Below, piece after piece: positions 13,601 to 25,600 of a DNA stretch of 60,604 nt. The notes beneath the pieces are model-generated. The model saw nothing but the letters and a program-made list of their open reading frames with translations, had not been told where the DNA came from and ran no database searches. This DNA is from Phoronis australis (lineage: Eukaryota; Animalia; Phoronida): positions 125,634 to 186,237 of the forward strand of contig NMRA01000714.1 in NCBI GenBank assembly GCA_002633005.1, written 5' to 3'. The first letter of the stretch is position 1. Every line of letters begins with the position of its first letter. The translations under genes were made by a program, and so were the position numbers.

Positions 13601-16600
13601 TGTTTTACTAAATTTTCCTGAATTATATTTTTAAGAAATTGTCTAAATATATCAACCGATGGCCTGAATTTCTCTATTTATTGCTAATAAATATGGTACT
13701 TTGCTTATACTAAAATTCAAATTTACCACTGGTTTTGATTTTTACTAGCTTGGTGTTACATTTTGTCTCAAAAGTGGATGATGTTGGACTGAAGTCAAGC
13801 CTATCTGTACACGAATGCTGTAAGATAAGAATATTATTCATGGCAAGAGAATGACAATATCTGTTATTTTGAATTAGTTATTTCTGATGTCACTGTGTTT
13901 TCTACAGGACACGCAGACGCTACTAAACATGTACTGTAACGATCACATGAACTTCAGGGACGGCACGTGTTGCCGAAGCTCGGAGCCGATAACACACGAG
14001 CAGCTTGGAATCGGTATCGCAGTTCTCATCTGGTACGTCTGCCCTTTGCACAGATCATACTACGATTTCTATGCGTCTTTTGCCAGCCATCAGGGGGAGT
14101 GATAGTCAGTTTCTGTAGTCAAATTAACAAGCTCTGACAATTCAGTGGATACAGTGCAACAAAGCACTGTTGCCCACACACACCCACATCTAACAAAAGG
14201 CTTGTTGTGAATTCTTTGCCTTGTATTGTCACCAGCCTATTCATAGGTCTTTGCTCTTGGGGGCATGATGGTGGACATGTGCTGAAATCAAGCTGTGTTT
14301 GGTTGTGGAGCGTCCATTGCACCATTTCTCGATATGTCGTGAAAGGTGAGATAGACAGTAGATGCCAAATGCAGTACTTGTTGCTGTCTTGAACGCTAGC
14401 ATTTAGAAAACTAGCAGTTCAAAGTCCCTTGTCAGAAATCATCAAATTTCTAGCAAAGCCTAAAGCCTCTTGTTTGGATTTACTGCCTCTCGTCACCTGA
14501 TTTTTTATTACCATCTTGGTCGTCTCAAATGGACATCATCGATGAGAAACCTGATTTTCTGAGATCAGTCCCAGCATGAAATCAAACCTTGGTACCTAAC
14601 AAACATCAGGAGCAATTTGTATCAATCCCGGCATTATGTGGTTATTGCTCAATCAAGTTCAAAAGAACACGAACACACAACAGTCCTTTCAATGACTTGT
14701 TGCATGAACATGGGATAATTCATCGATCTTGGACGCATTTCATTGATTAGTGTTTTTGGCCACTTTTGCAAATTTCTGGATACGTCGAAGAAAGTTTCTG
14801 GCCATGGAATAGTGCACTTATGTCTCTAGTAGTTCTTATTAAGGCAACTCACCAAACACTTTGTTGGAAAAATTTCTTTTTTTTTGTAAGATGTTCTGAT
14901 GATCCATTTACAATATCTCTGACAATATTGTTCTGTGGCACTGGTGAGTCCCAGTGTTTGCGCGCAAGGTCTTGTTATACAGTTGTGACTTGGAAATGTC
15001 GTCAAGTAACTGCCTGTTTCAATGTGCGTCTTGTTTTTTATTGCAAAAGACAGAATAGTGAAATTTCAACTTTAATAGACGAGAGCCACAGAGTGGTTTT
15101 GAGTGGCGAACAAATCTCAAACCCTCGTGGGCTGAGTGTGTATGAGTCACCTGTCACTCACACCGTTTTGCCAAATGTACGCCAGTGATTCAAGTTTGGG
15201 AATTTCTGCATGCAAACCACTCCAAAGTCACTCATCAACAGCGACAGTCCCTATTCAAGTAAAGAATATACCGACTTTTCTCTGTACATTAAGTACCCAG
15301 GTGTTTTATTTGGCAACTTACTTTGAGCCCCGGCGGTTATAAAAGACCCGGTACTTTACGGTATTCCCCAGAACCAATACTTCTGTTCTGATGTTTCCCC
15401 AGTGCGATGTTCCCTAGCCCCATCGTTCCATGCCCATAGCGAGCTATTGCAAGTAAACGGGTAGACATGAAATTGTTGTTAGCAAACTTGTTATTCTTCT
15501 GTTCGTACTTCCTCTCTTCACCACTCCGCCAATTTTCACTCCCTGGGTTGTCAGTCGACCACACTATAGATTTTTCGGATTCAGTTGGAAAGACTGTTGT
15601 TCCAGCTGAAGCGGGCTATGTTGTCTAATTATTTTTGGTTTGTGCGCCCTGGTATAATTCTTATTAGCGCTTTCTGGGCTTAACTCTTATTATCGTACAT
15701 TGTATGTAACTTTCATAATAAACATTAAAATGAATTTTCACTTGCTGATGTTGCTGTTGTTTTTGCGATTCTTGGCAAAGTTTTGCTAGCTTTTAAAAAC
15801 TAAAAGTTCACTGTTACGAACACTTGAAACTGCTCGGCAATGCTCATGTCCCGAGTTCAATTCTCTTTGGTGGAGGTAGAAAAATACATGATTGATCTCT
15901 GAAAAGTAAAGCAGCTAACACACTACTGAGCTAAGTGAGGCAATTTATTACACCTCGCTCAGCTCTTCAATGTAGTAAAACTTGATTGGCATGAGGATGG
16001 CAAATTGTGAACTTGTGGTATTGCAAAGTAGTAATTGACACAGCAGCACTGCACAGTTGTGGGTAAAGTACCCTCCAGATTCGTGGCATTGTGGGTAAAT
16101 ACCGTAGAATCAGAGTGGTATTTTGGGATGTGGCTACTTACTGTGTTGCTATGCTCTGTGTACGAGAATTTTTCCTTGAATTATCTTCCAGTATCCTAGC
16201 CACAGCTGTGCTTCATACTTATCGCCGCAAGTTCCGTCGTAATGGCTGCGGAAAGTCGCGTCCGTGCGACAAGAATCAACTATCGAAGGGATCGAAGAAC
16301 TGCGTAGACTCCTGCTATGAGTTATTTTGGGCCCTGACCAAGTTTGGTCTGATTCTGGGTTACTGCTTCCTATGTGACAGGTAATTGGGTGTAAACTGGT
16401 TGGTTTTTAGACTTAACATTGGGTAATTTTTGAAATAAAGTGAATAAAGTTTGGAAGAATTTCACAAGTCCTCAGATGAACTTTCACCCCCTTTATGCCA
16501 GTGTCGGAATATAGACTGACACTAAGTTTTTAGTTGTATTGTTTTGTTTTGTTGTTCTGTTTGATTGGCATGACCCCTGAGTTAAGTATAATGATGATGT

Positions 16601-19600
16601 AATTTGTTTACTACAGATTAGTGTAGAACTTTCTAGTAGACTGAGTTCAGTAGTGATGATGTCAATAGACAGCCAGCTATAGAGACAGCAGGTTATTAGA
16701 ATCAGCGAGTGTAACATTTGCTGGAAGTGTCTCAGAAGTTCATCACAAGTCAAGGCTTCACAGCAGTGGCTGGAGCATAACACAGACATTACGTCACACA
16801 TTTTCTTTAAGTAGGCTTGTGAACTAGTGGTCGAGATTAATAAAGGATTAACTCGAACCAGTCTTCGGTTTATCGTCGCACCGAAAGCTATTAGCACCGG
16901 TCTGTAACAACCTGCGCCCACCCACACACGTGGAAAAATGTGACCGCAAGAAATGGAAGTTTTGTCACAACATTTAACATTGGAAAGGATCCGCATGGAT
17001 TGAGAGAAACAAAGATATTCAGGATGCAAAGAAATGTCACTGAAAGGCTATGATACAAATAAAAAGTGCCCTGCAAGTTGCTCAATGTGTTTTAGAACAC
17101 ATTTTGTTCTGGAATGATCAATGAAATTCATTGACCATTCTTGGGCCAGCACTATGACGTAATGCTGGAATGTAAAACCACATGATTTGAGTAACATGTT
17201 TGTAGATCCACTAGTTAAAGTATTGACAATTGGCCATTTTGATTGTTTACGAGTCATTGTTTATGAGTTTTTGCTCTATAACAACCAAACCGTTCCACGG
17301 ATCATTATAAAAATTGGCAGATTATATGTATACGCTGAAAAAACAGCTGATATAGATTTTCGGACAGCTGCTGTGGCAGCCCCTAGTGGCTTTTCTCCTA
17401 AACCTGTAGCAGGACTTCTTGAACATGGCACCAATAGATAACTTCTTTTAACTAAAGATGGTTTCATTGCCGCTGTGCATCCTAGTGGCCTTTGCATTTG
17501 GACAGCTTTTCAAGAAATTTTTGTCATGCAGGTTTCTATTAGGGAGACGAGATCTACCAATTTCCAGATGGTTTTGGCACATTCTGCGTCACCTAGTGGC
17601 TATTTTTTGTTCAAGAAGTGCACCATTTGTGCTGCAGTGGCGCTGTTGTAGTTATAATGAAGGAGGATTGGCACTGTGTCTTTGTCGTGTGCTGTAAGCT
17701 TTGTCCTCGTTCCAGAACAAACTTTTTCATGAAGGAAAACAAGAACTACAGTGCAATGAATTTCTTCCTGCCTCTCGCTTACGTGATGGTGCTTGGCTTC
17801 TTCTTCACAGACGACCTAGATCAGGTAACAGGTTTAGCAGTAGGGGGTTTTCCTGTTGAGCCCAGTTTGTTTGATTGTAAAGCCCAACAACAAGTTGGGA
17901 GGATGACCCCTGTAGCCAGTATCTTACGCGACTGATTAACTCCATTCTGGCATTTGTGGTTGGAGGGCCAGCTCTCTTTTATTCGATGATTGCTCTAATC
18001 TCCAATTAGATCTTATCTAGCCTGACTGGGCTGTACTGTTAAAAATAAAAGTTAGGTAAACTATGATATATTTGAACACAAACCACTAGCATTTCTGAAT
18101 TCCTCGTCAAATGCTGATCATGTTTAGTTTTTGAATCATCAAATTCTCCCAACTACAATCAAAGTTATGACAATCTATTCTTTCGGAACGCACCTATTCG
18201 CACTGGGTTTGACTGTGTTCACAGGTGATGGGTATTAAGCAGGGTAGATAATTGGCCTGCATGTTGTCATACCAGACAAAAGGCTCTGCTTGGCAGTTAA
18301 CAAAGGAGCTAGATGTTATCACAGGCTCACAACCCTTCTGAAACAGAGAATGTCCTAATGGGCTCATAATGCACTTAACTCACTCCTGGGCCCGGTCTCC
18401 AATCTTTTTACTCGAAATGGAACTCGAAATTAGGTTTGGCATTTTCTACTCTACTTTTGGGCGAACTCAAGATAAGTGTCTATTATTCTATGCTCGAGTA
18501 TACAATAACTTACGTAGATAATTTATTGCCCTTAGTTCACAGTTTGTAAACCCAATATTAAAGCAATAAGTTCGAGTTTGAACTCGAAATTTCGAGTTTT
18601 TACTCGAGATTGTAGCACGAATATAAGGGTCTTCAAGGGCAAACTTGAACTAGAAACTCCTATGCATTAACTATAATGTATTCGAGCACAGTCTGATAAC
18701 CAATTATCTTAAGTTCGCACAAAAGGAGCAGAGAAATTGCCAAAAATAGTTTCGAGTTCGTTTCGAGTACAAAGATTAGAGACCGGGCCCTGGTCTGTTT
18801 CTATTCCCTACTTCTTGACAATCAGGGTAGTGATTGTCAATTGATGTAGTCCAATTAGCTGACTCATGCCAGGCTTGATAATGTTGGCTAATGCCCTGTT
18901 CTTATCAGAGGACATTTGCCAGCTGTAGCAAAAGACTGACTGTGAATACACTGTTGATTGCCCCAGCTTTGCTACTACTAGTACTAATCCATTCACGGCT
19001 CACTGCACCTGATCAGGAAAGCAGAGGTTCCATTATAAAACTTTACTTTGATGATTCCCTAGTGAAAAAGTGGTGAAGCTGCATGCTCTGCTGGTAACCG
19101 GTGACCTTTTTGTGCATATTTTGTGAAAACTGGTGTGTGTGCACGCCAGAGCATAGATTTTTGGAATCAAAGAAACATCACATTAGTAAGCTAGCAGTTG
19201 CTATTGGACAGATGCTACCAGTTTAGTCGTATCAGTTGAATTTCTGGCTGTTACTGATCGTGTCTGCATCTACTGACAGAGCTGCTTTGGATGATCTGAT
19301 ATTTCTTAATCCTCTGTGTATATGATGTCATACACTCTCTATATATAGGTCAATGGCAATATCTGCCTTAGACTTGTTCATGCAGAACATGTTGATAGTA
19401 ACCAAATGACTGACTTAAAATTAGTAATGTGAGCCGATCTCATGGGATCGATGACTCTTATCGCCACCTGGCTGTACCGGCAGGTACTTCAAATTCGCAA
19501 CAGGTGTTATCAGGAACATGAAAGGCCCTTTTAAGTGTATGTGATTAGACGTGGTGTGTTTTAAACAAAAGTGAAATTGTCTCCTCGTCCTCTAGAGGTC

Positions 19601-22600
19601 GCTAGTATCCGGTCCCATGGGATCAGTCATCCCAATTGCATTTTGAAAGTCTCCCGTTCAATACACATTGGTGAATTGTATCTCAATCTGATGTGGCTCT
19701 AATGCGACTCTTTTAACTTGATCTAGTGCGCAGTGTTGAACCGTGATCAAACAGATGAATGGAAGGGTTGGATGCAGTTAGTAATCTTGATCTACCATCA
19801 GACCGGGGCCAGCAAGGTAAGTGTAGTAAACATAATCATTATGGTATCTCTGCCATCTTCTTGTGTTTACCTCAGTCCAGGGCCCTCAATCCCTTGAATT
19901 AGGGGCCAACATTGGCCCCATTCTTCTCTGAAAAATGTTGAAAAATCGTGCGAAATTCGACTCATGAGCCCCAAAAATTTGCCTCAAGTGGTTGAAAAAT
20001 TCCCCTTGAGGTTCGAATCACTTGCAGCTCACACAGGTGATAATTTGAAAGAACATAAAAATTTAGTTTTGGCTACTTGAGGCAGAACCTTGGAGGGCTT
20101 GCAACAGGGGTAGGAGGGGGTGCTATTGATGGTGACTGGGGGGTAGAATTTTCCACTCTCCCCCAAAAAATTCCCCTCTCAGAAGGCACACTGGCACTTT
20201 TCCCTTGGGTGGTCGAGGGGCCCTGCAGTCTGTGTTGTAGAGTTCTGGGGATTCCATCTGTGGGTGGTTGTTAGCTCTTAAATAGCCGTTGTCATCACAG
20301 ATAACTTGGTGACATGTGAACAGTATGATGGGTGCAAGTACAACAAAACAACTACAGAAAAGTAAACTGTAGAAAATGAGACTCAAAATACATGGAATAA
20401 ATAGATAGGTCTGCAAGTCCATGCAAAAGGTTCTCGGGGCACGCATCATACGATCACGCTGAAGTAAAATGTCATCTCCTAAAATACACCACAGAGCAAA
20501 CAAACGAGTAGGATGTTTACCTTCATCCAGCTATGTAAGTCAGCTCAGGGATTCCCTGGTTTTCTACTTACTACCTGAATGTAGTGACTTATTCAGTGTC
20601 AAAACGCAAAAGTATGTTCATAAAGTTTGAATTTCATAATAACACGCAGTTGCATGTTGTTCAATTGAAGTCGAGAACAGCAGCGTCTTCTCATACTTTG
20701 CTTTTATTTTTATTTTTTATTTTTTTTTTTTTTTTTTGAAACATGGGCCCAGTCTGCCGCACCGGCCTCCTATTCATCTATTCATCCGATCAAAAGTAAT
20801 TTCACCAACATGCGATCTTCAGGGCTTACTCAGACATTTCCCTTGAAAGTTTTGATGCTCACTTACTTCGCATCACAGTGCATGGCACAGGATTTACCAA
20901 CTAAGTGTCACAACTCCAGCCTGTAGGCTCCAACATTCCTATTGAGTGTCCTCTCATCATGGAGGGCCCGTATGTGAATAATATCAAGGATTAAGAGTTT
21001 GACATAGTTATTGTCATGATGAAAATCTTTTTGTTTTTGTTTTCATTTTCCTGCTTCCAATGTGGATAAAAGAACTAATATTAAATGTCACAGACCTGCT
21101 ATAGTGTATCTTAAAACTTTCCATTTGCGTTGATTTTGTGAAGGCCTCTGCTTGGCAATCATGGAAACATTTCGGTCATTTCAGCAAATCACTATTTATA
21201 TGTGGGTGAGATGCCTGGTTACAGCCTATCTCTTCATGACTGGCTACGGACACTTCACGTTCTTCTGGAAGAAAGGAGAGTACAAACTGTACAGGCTCTG
21301 TCAGGTATAGCATGCCCAGCATTGCTAGGAATTGTTGAGGGTGAAAACTGTAAATAGATGCCTCCATTAGAGTCGATCATCACATGTCACATGAGTTAAT
21401 AATTGGAAGTCGGAAATGGTTTTTGCCCCGATAAGGTCTCAAACCCAGTTCCGTAGGTGATCGTGGATGACTGTTGAGGTGTCTACTGTATATATACATA
21501 GCAAAAGCGTTAGTAATTACTGTTCCTGTTCATACCAGAGAGTGGATTCTGTGTACTATGGTGACATTCTGTGACTAAACTTAAACACGATGTTCCATTT
21601 GCTTGCAACAGCCTTAATTTAAAGTCTCTCCAATAGGTGGCAGTCAGATCCAACACCAGGTGTCAGTTTGTACTAGTATTGTCCCAAACTCATGGCAGTG
21701 AGAAAAATAAATAAAGTCACTATGAAATGAATCATGAGATGAAAGTACCAGACAGTTTTCTTCATGTGTTATTTTACTTTTATTAACATGATGTCATACT
21801 ATTGATGAGACAACTGTACAAGATGACACCAGATGCAAAGTCTGGCTAATGCCAATTGGAGACCATTATTTAGGTTGTTGAGTTTGAATGGAAATCGTCT
21901 TTAACAAAACATCTTGAGAAAGTATAAACATTCTCTTTCTGGAATTGGTGATAGCTTCATTTTTACCTAGAAAGTAGATTGAACCATACAGCACACTAGG
22001 TTACCATGATATCACTTTTTATGTGCTGATCTGGTAACTCTGATATTCTATTTTGTATTGTGGTTCAGCTGATTTTCTTTCTGAACACTTGGTTCATTAC
22101 CCTTTTGTCACCTGAAGATGGTTTATGGCCAAAAGTAAAATGTCGTATTTTACAATGAATTTACTCATTATTGAGGTTATTTTTAAATTCTGAACCCTTG
22201 TTTTTACTTTTTGTATTTTTTTATGTTGTAGTGTATATTGCATTACTCAGTACATTGTGTTTTCTGTTGTATTCTGGAAGGCCCTTTTGGCCATTGAAGA
22301 GGACTCTCTCATTTTGAATATCAAAATAAATAAGTAAATGAAATACACGCTTAAAGTATTCAGACAAAATGACTTAGAGTTTCCCGACATGACGCCGACA
22401 GCTGTGTGAAAGCTGAATTCGTCATCAGAACATCCTTCTATCACAACCATGAATGAAGAGGAGTTAACAGGAAAGATCAAAAGGTGATGAAGGCATTTTG
22501 TAATTAGAATTTTTCCTATGGAACAGAACAGTCATACCTGAATGTAATTACCCAAAATGACAGGCAAATGGTATTTTGTGTGATTACTTTTGTCCTGTAC

Positions 22601-25600
22601 TGACTCTGTTCTTCATCCTCGTTATTTCCCATCATTCCCTGCAGGTGCTGTTCCGTATGAACCTGCTGGTGATTGGCTTGTGCTTCGCCATGAACCGACC
22701 GTACCAGTTCTACTACTTCGTCCCATTGGTCAGCTTCTGGTTCCTTGTTGTATACGTCATCATGGCCATCTGGCCACACTTGACGCAAAAGAGTGCCGAC
22801 GGTGAGTAAATTGTAGTGGCGAGGACCTGAATGATTGACCCTGTGTAATGACTGCAACATTTAAAGAGAATCCAAAAATCTTCAATTTAGTCTAATGATG
22901 AGCTTTTTTGAATATGCAAATTAAATAAAGTAATCGGTGTTGTCCTCAAAAAACTCACCTTTGGTCACAAAAATCAGTTTTTGATTTCGACCACTTGCCC
23001 TCATGAATTGGCCTCAAATTGGCCTCAAATTATTCTTTAGTCAAAATAGACAAGACTTTTGGGTTGGGAAGGTACTGATAATTTGTTATTGGTTGACACC
23101 TGGCTCACAAGTTAAGTTGTCGTGACGTTTCATTTTATTTGTCAAGCATGGATTCAAGAAATAATCTTTCTGTTCTTTGCAAGACCAAAGATAAATTTTC
23201 ATTGGATTAACAAGTTGATTCCAATTTGCGGCAGTAAATGGACTAAACCAAAATTTAGTCTCTTGAAGCAAGCTCAGGTTTATGGTCACTTTAGCTACAG
23301 CCCCTAAAGTTCTCAGCAAAGTGCGACTTGGCATTCACTCGCTGTTGCTCATGAAGTAAGAGTTCTCTTTTTGTTTTCTGAATAGAACAGAAAGCCATAC
23401 TGCAGGCTGGCAGCGTTCGTGAGATTAGGGTCCCTCATAAGTTGAACACATGTAGAACAGAAAGCCATGCTGCAGCCTGGCAGCATTCGTGAGATTAGGG
23501 TCCCTCATATGTTGAACACATGTAGAACAGAAAGCGATACTGCAGCCCGACAGCATTTGTGAGATTAGGGTCCCTCATAAGTTGAACACATGTAGGACAG
23601 TCGTTTCACATGCGAGTTCTGCTTTGCAAAAAAAGAGTTGCCTTTTCACACTCTAGCACTGTGTTATCTCTCACCCATTCGCCAATGTTTTGCCATTTGT
23701 TTCCAGGGAACGTTTGGCACTATTTTTATATGTTGTTAAAGTTCACGATAGCCATCATCATCATCAGCACATTCTATGGGTCAGAGGTATGTGATTCTAT
23801 GTGATTCTATGTGAGTATGTGATTCCATGTGATTCTTTGTGATTCTATGTGATTCCATGTGTGTGATTCTTTGTGATTCTATGTGATTCTATGTGATTCC
23901 ATGTGATTTTATGTGATTCCATTTCCTTTGCTTGTTGTTTCAACTAATTACATCAATATGGAACATGCAACGCGCAACTGTTAAACATTTGCGTGTTCTA
24001 ATTTCTTATTCTTGATGGCAAGACAGGTCGAGTTGACAGTTTAGACAAAATGCAGTTGATTTGAAACGCATTTGTGGATGTTTGCATCGTTGGGCTTTTC
24101 ACGTGAATCATTTGATTGACGCATTGCAAAACAGTGGTATTGTGATGTGTGATGATTGCGAAGAGTTTATAAAAAAACGTGAAATACCACAGAGCTCATT
24201 AAATCAGTGCGTTGTCTGCCAAACACTTTCGCCATTGGATGATGCAGTTTATTGATATCTTTCAGAATGCTGCCAGAAAATGGCTACTTATCCAAAAAAA
24301 ATTAATGGGAAATCGGTCTTTTGGAAAGCAAAGTAACGCTGTTATTGAAAATGGTATACAAAATACGTCATAAGCTGGTAAAATTCACTTACTACAAATT
24401 TTTGTTGCGAAGGACACATTAATGTTTCCACCCTCATCTAAGGGTCTTCTTCAACGAATGGATTACTGGCGTCTCGGTGACCCTCATTCAAAATTAGGTC
24501 ATATACACACGGGGACCTGCAGTCTTGTCCTTATTCATGCTGGGCTGCCTGGTCTTAGTGTAGATGACCTCAACTTTCTGTTAATTCCGAGTGTTCTCTG
24601 GCTAGAACCGGACGTTGTCCCTGACAACAGTATGTCCATTGTTGAAGGTGTGATCACCAATGCCAGTGGGTTTATTCCACTTGTAGTGGTCCATAATTCT
24701 AGATCCCAGAGAGCATTTAGTCTCCCCTATATAGGTGTGGAAAGGGCCTTCTTTGCAAGAGCTGGTAGACCATACAAGACTTCTTGTTGTTGGGGGTATG
24801 ATCCTTGGGGTGAACCAGTTTCTTGCAGATGGTATTAGTGCGCTTGTAGTTGCTATCTAACCCATGCAATGTATAAGTGTTTGCAAGCTGTTCTATGAAG
24901 TTCCTGTCAGGCATAGGAGATGGCTAAACAGGGTCGCTTTTTCCTGTTGTCCTGATCGTGCTGTCGTCTGTTGCGTGTGGGGTAAGCGCCCAATTAAGTT
25001 GTTAACTTTGAACAAGAATAACGTATATGCTTCAATGTTTGTTTTACAGTCGTGTAAAAATATATATTTACAATATCTTTGTTTTTCTTCATGGTTCAAA
25101 CTTTGGAAATAAATATGCCTGATTCTTACAGGTTCTTTTTGAGAGGATTTTTCTAACCCTTCCAATAAAAGCTTTATTTGTCACACAAGACGACTCGGTA
25201 CATGAGTGGCGGTTCCGATGGAGTTTGGACAGATATGTGAGTATATTTCAATTGCGTATCCACCCACATTAGTCTGTCACGAACGTTATTCTGCCAGCAC
25301 TTTAAAGTTAACCATCCATAGCTGTGTAATTTCCCAACCAGTAACACATAGTAAAATACACATGGTTAGTGCAGTCTTCTTGAAGTGCCACTGAATTCAG
25401 AGCACTGACTTTGAATAGTCCTAGAATAGAATTCTGACCTTAAAACGCCCTTAGATTTAAAGCCTTAGTCCTGAATAGCAAACTTGTCTACCATATGCAA
25501 AAAATGTGGATTCGTATTGAAATTTGTAGTATGCAAGTACGTAAAACCAGGCTAAAATACGCAAATTCAAAGCAAATTGTCTTCGAACTTGTTGCTCACT

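Noticed and set aside
14420-15060. Faint piggyBac-transposase-like fragments (MNMG..DL, IRRRKF, Cys-rich TWKC)
   Set aside because: Too degenerate and needs several frameshifts; a tBLASTn or HMM hit would be required.
2657-16945. One 14-kb LTR retrotransposon bounded by the two LTR copies
   Set aside because: The interval contains CASD1 exons and no gag/pol, and each LTR has its own target duplication.
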